Source of the DNA: an uncultured Nitrospinaceae bacterium | GTDB lineage: Bacteria > UBA8248 | DNA length: 64,000 bases | NCBI GenBank assembly: GCA_964005815.1 | Contig: CAXFSR010000043.1 | Location: 99,307-163,306 of the forward strand | Direction of reading: 5' to 3' | In this document: piece after piece, positions 20,120 through 29,771 of the stretch | Position numbering within the stretch: position 1 is the first letter of the stretch | Layout: the number at the start of each line of letters is the position of its first letter | The notes under the pieces: model-generated | What the model was told of the DNA's origin: nothing | The model's database searches: none | Seen by the model: only the letters and a program-made list of their open reading frames with translations | Translations under genes and position numbers: made by a program

Positions 20120-20593
20120 TTAGCCATCAAAATTATTCAACTCTCTTTCCACTCTCGAATCCAATTCAACAGCTCTTTCATTGTGTTTTTCTTCAAGAAT
20201 ATCTTCTTCACTCTTTAACCAAGAAAAAATTAGAATCGAAAAAATTAACAACCCAGACAAAAAAACAATAAAAGGAAGTAGCCAGGAAGTAATCAGAAAC
20301 CCTTCTGATGGAGGTACTGAAAGCACCGTCTTTCCGTAAACTTCAACAAAATAGGAAATAATCTCTTCTTTTGTTTTCCCTTCTCTTATCTGTTTTTTTA
20401 CAACTTCTCTCAACTGAGAGCCTTCTGAACTAGGACAATCTGACAACATCTTTCCTGGACAAACAGGACTCATTAGTGACTTAGAGACATCTTCATACGT
20501 GGTTTTCGCACCCTCTGAAAGATGAACTGATATATCCAAAAACATAAGAAGAATTAGAATACTCAAACAACTAAATCTACAAAATTGTTTCAT
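20120..20593 (-). CDS. ccmH: Cytochrome c biogenesis protein CcmH/CycL (variant motif)
   Basis: Signal peptide, LMSPVCPGKMLSDC, EEIISYFVEVYG..VL..PP, W-x-x-P followed by a TM helix. Confidence 0.82.
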   Translation of the reverse strand: MKQFCRFSCLSILILLMFLDISVHLSEGAKTTYEDVSKSLMSPVCPGKMLSDCPSSEGSQLREVVKKQIREGKTKEEIISYFVEVYGKTVLSVPPSEGFLITSWLLPFIVFLSGLLIFSILIFSWLKSEEDILEEKHNERAVELDSRVERELNNFDG

Positions 20594-20595
20594 CG

Positions 20596-20721
20596 CTAAT
20601 TTCGTCCAATTTGACTTTCTTCATTTTTCTCCTCTAACAAACCACATCTGACTATCAAGCGAGTTGCATAAATGAAGATAGATAAATAAAAAACTAGATA
20701 CGCAGAAATTACGTAAGACAT
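20596..20721 (-). CDS. ccmD: Heme exporter protein CcmD (41 aa)
   Basis: Not in ORF track. MSYVISAYLVFYLSIFIYATRLIVRCGLLEEKNEESQIGRN: YV-x-x-AY then a TM helix and charged tail, directly after ccmC, SD AAGGGA. Confidence 0.8.
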   Translation of the reverse strand: MSYVISAYLVFYLSIFIYATRLIVRCGLLEEKNEESQIGRN

Positions 20722-20736
20722 GTATTTCCCTTTAAA

Positions 20737-21468
20737 TTAAAACTCTTTCATATTGATTAATTTTCCAATTTTATATCTTTTTCTGGATAGATATATGAAA
20801 AGCATCAAAACAGAGAAGCAAGAACTCCACAAAGCTATGTGCATGCTCGTGGGCAAATCTGCCATCCCTCCACTTCGAATCACTACTGGTGCCGGATGGA
20901 GTGTTCTCCACCAAACAACAGAATAATGAACTATTGGAACATTCAAAAAACTAAATATACCTAGAACTGCTGACAATCTAGCTCTTCGTTCAAATTCATC
21001 TATATAGGAACGCAACATTAAGTAAGCAACATACAACAACCATAGTATTAAAGAAGTAGTAAGTCTTGCATCCCAAGTCCACCACACTCCCCATATTGGC
21101 TTTGCCCAAATAGGTCCTGTAATAAGTACCAAAGTATTAAAAAATACCCCTACCTCTGCGAATGAATTTGCAAGAAGGTCATCTGTGTTTTTACTTGTAT
21201 ATAAATACTTTATAGAAAAGATAAAAACTAGAAAAAAAGCTAGAAAAGAAATCCAGGCAGATGGAACATGTATATAAAAGATCTTTTGTGGAACAGACTG
21301 GAATCTATCTAATTTCGCTATATAAAAGATTGAATAAAATGCCCAAACAAGGGAAGTCAAAGAGAAAATACCTAGCAACCTATTTAAACCCTTCTCTAAT
21401 TTTATTAATAAAATTAATAACGAGAAAAAAACTACCAATATAAATAACAGATACAAGACAAACCTCAT
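20737..21468 (-). CDS. ccmC: Heme exporter protein CcmC
   Basis: YIHVP, WWD motif WAKPIWGVWWTWDARLT, WWRTLHP. Confidence 0.95.
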   Translation of the reverse strand: MRFVLYLLFILVVFFSLLILLIKLEKGLNRLLGIFSLTSLVWAFYSIFYIAKLDRFQSVPQKIFYIHVPSAWISFLAFFLVFIFSIKYLYTSKNTDDLLANSFAEVGVFFNTLVLITGPIWAKPIWGVWWTWDARLTTSLILWLLYVAYLMLRSYIDEFERRARLSAVLGIFSFLNVPIVHYSVVWWRTLHPAPVVIRSGGMADLPTSMHIALWSSCFSVLMLFIYLSRKRYKIGKLINMKEF

Positions 21469-21491
21469 TAATTTTAAATTTGTTTCAGAAA

Positions 21492-22205
21492 TTATTCCTC
21501 TAACAATTTTTCAAATAATATAGACGCAAGTGTAATAGAGACTAAATCATATACGACAATCAATTTAACCCAATCCAATATTTGTTCCCATTCTTTGTTA
21601 TTCAAAAGAATAGAAGTTGATTTAATTGATGCAATAATCAAAGGCACAAGAATTGGGAACATTAAGATCGGCAAGAAAATTTCCTTTAGATTGGTCTTGG
21701 CACTCAGAGTAGAAAAGAATGTCCCAATAGTAGCTATTCCTAATAAGGAGAGTGAACTAGTCAATATTAACAAAATATATCTTTCAGAAAATGGAGCACG
21801 AAAAAAAACTATCAGAAAAAAATATACAGAAACCTGTATGAAAAACAAGAATAAAACGTTAGGGATTAATTTCCCAAGAAAAAATGCAGAAGAATCAACG
21901 GGAATAGTTAAATATTGACTAAGACCACCTGCTTCTTTTTCTATCATAGCCGAACGAGAAAATCCTAAAATTGATGCGAATAAAATCGAAATCCAAAACA
22001 CCCCCGAATAGAGATCCATATTACTTTCACCAACACTTTTAAAGGAGATATCAAGGAAACCAAAAATAAGAGATATTACCAAGGCAAAAATCAACATGAG
22101 TGGAATCATTTCTTTATTTCTTAATTCAATACGCAAATCCTTTTTTACAACCGCTAATATTACTGAAAAATATAGACTTATTTTATTCGACATAGTTTTA
22201 ACCAT
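21492..22205 (-). CDS. ccmB: Heme exporter protein CcmB
   Basis: KKDLRIELR, E-x-E-x-G, LPILMFPILVPLII; lies between ccmA and ccmC. The true start may be 22193. Confidence 0.9.
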   Translation of the reverse strand: MVKTMSNKISLYFSVILAVVKKDLRIELRNKEMIPLMLIFALVISLIFGFLDISFKSVGESNMDLYSGVFWISILFASILGFSRSAMIEKEAGGLSQYLTIPVDSSAFFLGKLIPNVLFLFFIQVSVYFFLIVFFRAPFSERYILLILTSSLSLLGIATIGTFFSTLSAKTNLKEIFLPILMFPILVPLIIASIKSTSILLNNKEWEQILDWVKLIVVYDLVSITLASILFEKLLEE

Positions 22206-22920
22206 TCACAAGCTCAATAATTTCTTCATTTTTCAAAGCACCCACATCATCCAATGCAACTAATTTCCCTTTATCCAAAATTCCTATCTTGCTACTTACA
22301 TCCGATGCTCTTTCAAGAAAATGTGTAGAAAAAACAAAAAACCTTTCTTTTGGTGATCTGTTGAGGCAATCGAAATCAAAACCTCTTCTTATCATTCCCA
22401 TCAATAACTCTACAAATTTTCTATCTAAACTTACAAAAGGTTCGTCCATGAGAATTATTTCAGGATCATGAATAATTGACCTGACTATTGAAACACGTTT
22501 AACAAGACCTTCACTTAAATGACGCAATGGACGATCTAAAAAATTAAAAAAATCAAATACTGCACTCAACTCATTGATTCTTTCATCTTTTTCTTTCTTA
22601 GTTATTCCAAATAGCGAGGAATAGAAATCTAGATTCTCACGAATGCTAAGAGAATAATAAAGAAAAGGGCTATGAGGAACCATGCCAAGACTTCTACTTA
22701 CAGATTCTCTTATGTTTTCTCCATCTAAAAGGATCTCTCCCTCACTAGGCTTACTAACCATACCAAATTGATTTAAAAGTGAAGTTTTTCCAGACCCATT
22801 ACTACCTAGAAGAACAAGTATTTCTCCTCTTTCAATAGTTAAATTAATTTCCTTTAGAACCCATATCTTCCCATAACGTTTTCCAATATTCACAGTCTCT
22901 AACAATACTTTTCCTTTCAA
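22198..22920 (-). CDS. ccmA: Heme exporter ATP-binding protein CcmA
   Basis: GSNGSGKT, LSEG, LMDEPF, STH; operon context. Confidence 0.88.
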   Translation of the reverse strand: MKGKVLLETVNIGKRYGKIWVLKEINLTIERGEILVLLGSNGSGKTSLLNQFGMVSKPSEGEILLDGENIRESVSRSLGMVPHSPFLYYSLSIRENLDFYSSLFGITKKEKDERINELSAVFDFFNFLDRPLRHLSEGLVKRVSIVRSIIHDPEIILMDEPFVSLDRKFVELLMGMIRRGFDFDCLNRSPKERFFVFSTHFLERASDVSSKIGILDKGKLVALDDVGALKNEEIIELVNG

Positions 22921-22921
22921 C

Positions 22922-23753
22922 TTAAAGATCTAGTAGACGTGAAAAATAAAGCTCGCGTTCTTCTTTATATGATTCTTCTTCAATTCGACCTTGAGTTCTC
23001 AAGTCATCCAAAGACGCGATCTTTCGCAGTAATTGCTCCCTTTCATGAATACGTTTCAATTTTTTTACTCTCTTTCTCCTATACAAAAATGCAAAAGTAA
23101 CACTTAAAATAAAAAGAGTAGCAAACAGAATATAGAAAAAATCTAATCTGCCTAAAGAATCAGGGGCTTTTAAATTTAATGAAAAATTACTTCCTGAGCG
23201 CAAAGGAAGGAGATATTGATTATACTCCTTTCCATTTAATTCAAGGACGCTAGAAACTCTAATTCCACTCATGTCTAATTGAACATTTTTACTATTAGTC
23301 AATAGTGTGAAATTTGGAGAGTCAAAGAAAATTGGTTTTGTAAACTTAATTCCCCCATAACTATCAGCAAGTCTATATCGCAGAAGTATAAATTTTTCAC
23401 CTTTCGGAAATGGTTCTTTAGATATTAATGTGGTCTTAGACATTTCATACATTCTAGGAGAAAGTCCCACAGGAGCCGAAGACCAAACAGCATTAGGATT
23501 TCGAACGTTACTACTAATTGGAAGAACAAACTTGAAAGTTGGAATATTTTTTTTTTGATTTCAAAAAAAAATCACTTTTATTTATAAAATTGAAGATTTC
23601 AGTCACCTCATAAAGTCCTTTTTGCAAATCTATGACCATCACATTCTTTGTTAAAAAAAGACTATGTGAAGAAAGATTTTCTTTTACCTTTGAATAAACA
23701 TCAGAACAAGACAAGAAAAACAGAAACATGACCAAGAAAAAATATCTACTCAT
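22922..23753 (-). pseudogene. Conserved hypothetical membrane-anchored protein of the ccm operon, interrupted by a +1 frameshift in an A10 run
   Basis: Track ORFs 23514-23771 and 22922-23470 join into one frame of about 276 aa if one A is removed from the A10 run (plus-strand T10 at 23547-23556), reading SKKNIPTFKFVLP...VGLSPRM. ATG 23753 overlaps the upstream TGA (ATGA). Confidence 0.75.
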
Positions 23754-24304
23754 TTTATTTTTTGTCCACAATGAGAACAGAATTTATCTTCGGAAGTACA
23801 TGAATGACCACACGAAGCACAAAAAAGTGTTTCAACTGACAGCACATTTTCTTTCTTTGATAAATCTTGATGGGAAATATTTTTCTTGTCAGGCTTTAGA
23901 CTTGAATTCCTATATCGCAAAATCTCTTCTTCTATTTCATTTCTGACCTTTTTTTCATTTTCTGTACCTGCACTTAGACCATTTTCTTCGAATATTGCAT
24001 CTCCTTCCCTAACTCCTAAGGCTTCAAGCCTTCTTAAAACATTCAAGGCTTTTTCATTTAAAGGGTTTAGCAATTTAGAATAGTCTTCATCCGAAAGTTT
24101 TTTCATTGCCTTATCGAAACGCACTTCAAGAATATTCTTATATATATTATCACGTTCAATCATGAGACGAGAAATTCTTTTGTTTTGTTCCGACATACTA
24201 TTCGTATGTAAAGAATTTACTGAAACACTAAAAAGTGGCCAAAAAGAAAAAACACAGGCCGCCAGAAAAAAAACAAACAGAATAGAGAGTGAGATAAATT
24301 CCAT
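23750..24304 (-). CDS. CcmI/CycH N-terminal-like membrane protein with C-terminal zinc ribbon
   Basis: TM ending in WPLF, ERDNIY..ILEVRFD...KLSDEDY, C-terminal CASCG...FCSHCG. Confidence 0.7.
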   Translation of the reverse strand: MEFISLSILFVFFLAACVFSFWPLFSVSVNSLHTNSMSEQNKRISRLMIERDNIYKNILEVRFDKAMKKLSDEDYSKLLNPLNEKALNVLRRLEALGVREGDAIFEENGLSAGTENEKKVRNEIEEEILRYRNSSLKPDKKNISHQDLSKKENVLSVETLFCASCGHSCTSEDKFCSHCGQKIK

Positions 24305-24307
24305 TGC

Positions 24308-26284
24308 TTATTCCTTCAGAATAAAAATCTGACCTTTCCTCCTTGACCATCTCTCAGGAAGAAAACAAATAATAGCTCCAAAAGAGAAAACTATTCCGCC
24401 AAACCAAATCCAATTCAATAGTGGATTCACCATAAACTTAAAACTCGCAGATCCACTTGAATCCACATCCGAAAAAACAGCATAAACATCAGACAGAAAT
24501 CCTCTCCTTATTCCTGCTTCGGTAGTTGGCTGAGGTGGTGTGAAATAAACTCTTCTCTCAGGAGAAACTGATCCAATTTGATGACCCATACTGAATACTG
24601 ACAATCTGGCGCGAACAGCTCTGTAAGAGTCACTGAATTCCTGTTTAACGCCTTCATATCTTACCCTCACCGACCCAATATGAAAACTTTCACCAGGGCG
24701 CAGTCTAACCTCCTCTGTCACTTGATAAGCGGAAGAAGCTGCTACCCCTATAAACAATATCGCCATTCCCAAATGCACTATATATCCGCCAAATCGTCTT
24801 TTGTTATTCATTGTAAGAAACCAAATACATGCAAAATATGAAAGTTTCATTCGTCCTTTTACCAATTTTGCACCTTTATGAAATTCTATAAAGATTGCGC
24901 AAATTGAAAAAATCGATAGTGAAATAGCCATAACTCCATAAAGATGATGAATATTAAAAAACAAAAGTACGAAAGTTCCTAACAAACCTACAAACGCAGG
25001 AAAAAGAAAACTCTTTTTCAATTGAGGTATTGAAGTTATCCTCCAAGCCATTAGTGGCCCAGCTCCAAGCAATAGCAATAAAAACATCCCCATTGGGACA
25101 TTGACCTGGTCAAAGAACGGAGGTCCCACTGTAACTTTTATACCTTCAACAAGTTCTGATACAACAGGGAACATAGTTCCCCAAAAAATTGCAAATGTCA
25201 TAGATACAAAAACAACATTATTTAAAAGAAAACCGGCTTCCCTGGAAAAAAAACTTTCTAATTCATGCTCGCTTTTTAATTTTGACAATCGCATAAAAAC
25301 CAAAAAGAAAGAAATAAAAAGAGCAATTAAAAGATAAACCAAAAACACCCATCCAAAATTACTATTTGCAAAAGCATGAACACTCGACAAGATTCCACTT
25401 CTCGTGACAAAGGTCCCAAAAATTGTAAGCAAGTACGTCAAAATAATTAATACAACATTCCATACTTTAAGCATTCCTCTTTTCTCTTGAATTATTATGG
25501 AATGCAGAAAAGCTGTACCTGTCAACCAAGGCATCAAACTTGCATTTTCCACCGGATCCCATGCCCAATATCCACCCCAACCTAATTCTTTATATGCCCA
25601 TGCCCCACCTAAAAGAATTCCAGTTCCGTTAAAAAACCAAGCAAAAAGTGTCCAACGACGAATTGTTTGTATCCACTCATTATCTAATTTGCCAGTCACG
25701 AGCGCTGCAATACAAAAAGAAAATGGAACTACATACCCTACATATCCTAAGTATAAATTTGGAGGATGTATTACCATTCCCCAATCTTGCAATAGGGGAT
25801 TCAATCCTTTCCCATCAATAGGTGGAACATTATTTACATCAAAAGGCAAAGTCATAAAATTGAGTAAAAAAAGAAAGAAAAAAGCAGTTACCATAAGAGT
25901 GCCAATGACATAAGGCATTAAATCTAAATTTCGTCTTTCATTCTGTCTAATCACTAAAAAACAATATACACAGAGCAGTAACAACCAAAGCATAAGACTG
26001 CCTTCTTGACCTCCCCAAAAAGCACTAAACCGATAGAAAGCTTCAAGTGAATTATTCACATGATCTGCTACATACTTTACTCTGTAATCACGGATCAGAA
26101 GCAAATAAATAAGAGAACAACTTGCAGTGATAACTAAAAGAAAAACAGAGATCGCAGAATTACTGCCGACTTTCGTCAAACGATTATTTCTTAAAAATCC
26201 GCCGAAAAAAGAAAAGAAAATACTGGCAAGAGAAAGAATCAGAGCAAAGAAAATACTATACCTACCCAAATCAACTAAGAACAA
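24308..26284 (-). CDS. ccmF: Cytochrome c heme lyase CcmF
   Basis: WGGQEGS, GLNPLLQ, IHPP, ELGWGGYWAWDPVENAS, TRSG..SVHAFA. Confidence 0.97.
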   Translation of the reverse strand: MFLVDLGRYSIFFALILSLASIFFSFFGGFLRNNRLTKVGSNSAISVFLLVITASCSLIYLLLIRDYRVKYVADHVNNSLEAFYRFSAFWGGQEGSLMLWLLLLCVYCFLVIRQNERRNLDLMPYVIGTLMVTAFFFLFLLNFMTLPFDVNNVPPIDGKGLNPLLQDWGMVIHPPNLYLGYVGYVVPFSFCIAALVTGKLDNEWIQTIRRWTLFAWFFNGTGILLGGAWAYKELGWGGYWAWDPVENASLMPWLTGTAFLHSIIIQEKRGMLKVWNVVLIILTYLLTIFGTFVTRSGILSSVHAFANSNFGWVFLVYLLIALFISFFLVFMRLSKLKSEHELESFFSREAGFLLNNVVFVSMTFAIFWGTMFPVVSELVEGIKVTVGPPFFDQVNVPMGMFLLLLLGAGPLMAWRITSIPQLKKSFLFPAFVGLLGTFVLLFFNIHHLYGVMAISLSIFSICAIFIEFHKGAKLVKGRMKLSYFACIWFLTMNNKRRFGGYIVHLGMAILFIGVAASSAYQVTEEVRLRPGESFHIGSVRVRYEGVKQEFSDSYRAVRARLSVFSMGHQIGSVSPERRVYFTPPQPTTEAGIRRGFLSDVYAVFSDVDSSGSASFKFMVNPLLNWIWFGGIVFSFGAIICFLPERWSRRKGQIFILKE

Positions 26285-26329
26285 TCAAATCACTCCAGAA
26301 AATAGAATTTTTGAAATTTATAAACTGCT

Positions 26330-26800
26330 CTATTCCTTCTTATTCTTTAAGCGTCGTTCTTTTGCCTTTTGCATAAGACGCATATGGTCTTCTGGCATTA
26401 CTTCTCCTTTTTCTTTCATCTCTTCGAATTTTGAAGGACATGCAACCATTAAATTCTGAGCAACTAAAGTCCCCTCGCCATTCATTTTTCCTTCAGCAAT
26501 AACTGGGAATCCATTTTCAAGCAGATCTGGAGGAACCCCTTTGTATGTGACTGACAGAGCACTCTCTTCCCCAAGTATTTTAAAAAATATCTGCATCGTC
26601 TCTATTTTTTTTTCTAGAGAACCTTCAAGAATTTTGCCTTGTACTCTTATGGAAGTTGAACCTGGCTTACGTTTCACTACCTCATCTACTGTTAGGAAGT
26701 AAACTAAATTTTCACTTTTGAATCCAGAAATGGCCAAAAACAAAAAAGAAGAAAAAATAACAAAACCAGCAATCAGAAATTTGATTTTATTAGCGGACAT
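26330..26800 (-). CDS. ccmE: Heme chaperone CcmE, Cys-type variant
   Basis: N-terminal TM, VYF, V-x-Y-x-G-x-x-PD, AEG, and CPSKF at the heme-binding position. Confidence 0.9.
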   Translation of the reverse strand: MSANKIKFLIAGFVIFSSFLFLAISGFKSENLVYFLTVDEVVKRKPGSTSIRVQGKILEGSLEKKIETMQIFFKILGEESALSVTYKGVPPDLLENGFPVIAEGKMNGEGTLVAQNLMVACPSKFEEMKEKGEVMPEDHMRLMQKAKERRLKNKKE

Positions 26801-26839
26801 CTAACACCTTTTAAGAACAAAAAACTCAATACAAAACAA

Positions 26840-26868
26840 ATAATACGACTCATCTTGTATGACATCAA
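26840..26868 (-). promoter_or_regulatory. Putative sigma70 promoter of the ccm operon, overlapping an FNR-like dyad
   Basis: Minus strand TTGATG-17 nt-TATTAT about 40 nt before ccmE. The -35 lies within TTGAT-gtca-TACAA (2 mismatches to TTGAT-N4-ATCAA). Confidence 0.45.
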
Positions 26869-26900
26869 GACAGGAATCAAAAGATAGACAAATAAAAAAT

Positions 26901-26937
26901 AAAAAAAGCCCAAGAAAGAAATTTCAATCTTGGGCTT
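26901..26937 (-). terminator. Rho-independent terminator after ilvC
   Basis: 10-bp stem AAGCCCAAGA / TCTTGGGCTT followed on the minus strand by a U-tract. Confidence 0.8.
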
Positions 26938-26956
26938 AAGGATTTTAAAAATAATC

Positions 26957-27982
26957 TTACTTTACTTCACGATCTTCTATCCAGGGCATCATCCCTCTTA
27001 ACCGTGCACCAACCACTTCAATTGGATGATCTTTTTCTTTCCTAACTACTGTATTAAAAGTAGGTCTTCCTACCATATTTTCATTAATCCATTCACTAGC
27101 AAATTTGCCTGTTTGTATATCTTTGAGAATACCTCTCATTCTCTCTCTTGTAGAATCATCTATAACTTTTTTCCCACGTGTTATATCTCCATATTCTGCT
27201 GTATCAGATACTGAATATCTCATCATAGTAATACCACCCTGATAAATAAGATCGGTAATTAATTTCACCTCATGGAGACATTCAAAATATGCACATGCCG
27301 GTTGATAACCAGCTTCAACAAGCGTCTCAAATGCAACTCTAATTAATTCAGAAATTCCGCCACAAAGAACAGCCTGTTCTCCAAATAAATCGGTTTCAGT
27401 TTCTTCTTCTATAGTTGTTTCAATAATTCCTGCCCTTGCACAACCAACGGCTTTACCATACGCAAGAGCATATTCTTTTGCTTTTCCTGTAGCATCTTGA
27501 AAAACCGCAAGTAAACCAGGAACTCCACGTCCATCTTCATATTGAAAACGAAATGTATGACCAGGACTCTTAGGAGCAATCATAAAAACATCGATATTCT
27601 CTGGTGGGATAATTTGCCCGTAATTTAAATTAAACCCGTGTGCCACGACTAAAGCTTGACCTTCTTCCATATTGGGCGCAATATCGTTATTCCAGATTTG
27701 CGGTTGGAGATGATCCTGTGTCAGAATGACGACTTGATCACCACTCTTAGCTGCTTCTGCAGTTTCTTGAACTTCCAAACCATCGTCCTCAGCTTGCTTC
27801 CACCTTGGAGAAGTTTTGCGAAGACCAACGATTACTTTCACTCCACTATCTTGTAAATTGAGTGCATGCGCTCGACCCTGACTTCCATAACCAATAACAG
27901 AAACAGTCTTCCCTTGAAGTAAATTCAAGTCTGCATCAGCGTCATAATATATCTTTAAATCTTTTAGCAAATCATCATTCAT
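26957..27982 (-). CDS. ilvC: Ketol-acid reductoisomerase
   Basis: [49 protein letters not shown]. Confidence 0.97.
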   Translation of the reverse strand: MNDDLLKDLKIYYDADADLNLLQGKTVSVIGYGSQGRAHALNLQDSGVKVIVGLRKTSPRWKQAEDDGLEVQETAEAAKSGDQVVILTQDHLQPQIWNNDIAPNMEEGQALVVAHGFNLNYGQIIPPENIDVFMIAPKSPGHTFRFQYEDGRGVPGLLAVFQDATGKAKEYALAYGKAVGCARAGIIETTIEEETETDLFGEQAVLCGGISELIRVAFETLVEAGYQPACAYFECLHEVKLITDLIYQGGITMMRYSVSDTAEYGDITRGKKVIDDSTRERMRGILKDIQTGKFASEWINENMVGRPTFNTVVRKEKDHPIEVVGARLRGMMPWIEDREVK

Positions 27983-28143
27983 TTTTATATCTCCAGTTTT
28001 TTGTGAGAGATAGGAAGAACCAATACAGCCAGGCTGCTATCCATTAATTCTAATTTATTAAGAAAAAAACTCTGATAATCTAAGATTTATTGGTCGTATT
28101 AGTCAACATGCAAACTAAAAGGACTTCAAAAGAAAAAAAAAAC

Positions 28144-29553
28144 CTAAACCGAAGAAGTTATGACAGGCCTTCCAATCCCCTGAAAAATCCTTGTAACTTC
28201 ATCTGTGATCCGAACTAGAGCATTATAAGTGTGTTCCGTTATAAACTGCCCTCTCTTCTCAAAATTCTTCAATTCTTCCTGTGAATCATGCGAAGCATCA
28301 AGACAAAAAGCTTTAACCTGAGAGGCAAACTCAAGAGATTCTGCATATGCGTACTTCGCCTGTTCAACTGAAGAAAAAGCAAAATCTTTTGCCTTTTCAA
28401 ATATTTGTTTTTCTTCTGATTCCTTAAGATCAACCGTGATATCTTCTCTTTTTTCAAAAGAATCTGCTTTCATAAAAGCGTTTCTTGCATGTTCATTAGC
28501 CCGTGATGCGGCACTAATCAGAGCATCAAAAGCTTCAGATATTGAAGACATTTGCTTTACTTCAACTGGTATCGTCGGGTCAGTCTGCGTACTCAATTGA
28601 GAAGTACTCTCCAACATAGCATCTTTTCTACGTTCATCGGCAATCTTGAGTGCTTCATCATCAACCATAATATCAATTCTTTTTGCAACTACCCTTTTAC
28701 TTGGCGACACTACATCCCATGCAAGACCTAATTTTTCCATACATTTAATAACTACGTAAGAAATATCGAATTCGAACCACCTTTGACCATGAGCAGCTGA
28801 ACGTTGATCCGCGTGATGATTGTTATGCCAACCTTCTCCAAATGAAATCAGTGCAACCCACCAGTTATTGGTACTGTCTTCATCAGTATTATAATTTCTA
28901 TATCCCCATAAATGTGTAGCAGAGTTTACAAGCCATGTCGCATGCCAGAGAAAAACGGTTCTAGCAAAAACTCCCCAAATCAACCACGACAATCCAATAC
29001 CCGCATATAATTCTCCTGCTGCATAGATTATCAAAGCAGTGGCAATGTAAATCATATAAAAATTTTTATTTAGAAAACGCTGTACTGGATCCCTCGCTAA
29101 ATCTTTCGCAAAACGAGAGTACTGTTTATAAGTATGCGCTCCAGGCATGTCATAAAACAACCATCCTGCGTGCGCCCATAGAAAATTTACCAAAGGAGAA
29201 TGAGGATCAGGTTCTTCATCTGCTTCCTTATGATGAATCCTATGCATAGCAGTCCACTCTATAGGACCAGATTGCAAGGCCTGACAAGCACAAAAAGTTA
29301 AAAAATATTCCATCCATTTATAGGTTCGAAAACTTCTGTGAGTAAGTAATCTATGATAACAAATCGTAATACCGAACATCCCAGTTAAAACATACATAAA
29401 AAATGCGACAGCAAGACCAGAATAGGTAAAGAGATCTTCCCTAAACGCAAGCAATGCAACCACGTGAATCATGCCAATCGCAACGATGGTTGTCCATTGG
29501 AGTTTTCTTTCATCTTTTTTATAAATTGCGAGTTTTCTAGATTCTACAGCCAA
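28144..29553 (-). CDS. Acyl-CoA/acyl-lipid delta-9 desaturase with C-terminal extension
   Basis: His boxes HRLLTH, HRIHH and GEGWHNNHH, plus VNSATH; about 170 extra C-terminal residues; TTG start. Confidence 0.92.
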   Translation of the reverse strand: MAVESRKLAIYKKDERKLQWTTIVAIGMIHVVALLAFREDLFTYSGLAVAFFMYVLTGMFGITICYHRLLTHRSFRTYKWMEYFLTFCACQALQSGPIEWTAMHRIHHKEADEEPDPHSPLVNFLWAHAGWLFYDMPGAHTYKQYSRFAKDLARDPVQRFLNKNFYMIYIATALIIYAAGELYAGIGLSWLIWGVFARTVFLWHATWLVNSATHLWGYRNYNTDEDSTNNWWVALISFGEGWHNNHHADQRSAAHGQRWFEFDISYVVIKCMEKLGLAWDVVSPSKRVVAKRIDIMVDDEALKIADERRKDAMLESTSQLSTQTDPTIPVEVKQMSSISEAFDALISAASRANEHARNAFMKADSFEKREDITVDLKESEEKQIFEKAKDFAFSSVEQAKYAYAESLEFASQVKAFCLDASHDSQEELKNFEKRGQFITEHTYNALVRITDEVTRIFQGIGRPVITSSV

Positions 29554-29771
29554 AACTTATCCCCTATTTAATTTTCGAAATATAAACAGAAACAAAGGCG
29601 GAAAATACATAACATTCATGGGAATAATGATCTAAAACAAATCATAAATCAAGGGTGAAAATTAAGTTAATAACTCAAGGCATCAACTTGCAAACATCTA
29701 TTTTGAAGTTTAAATTGAAAATATCTTTTTTTACTCCTAAATAGTTCCACTAATTTTCCAATGGAGAGAGC

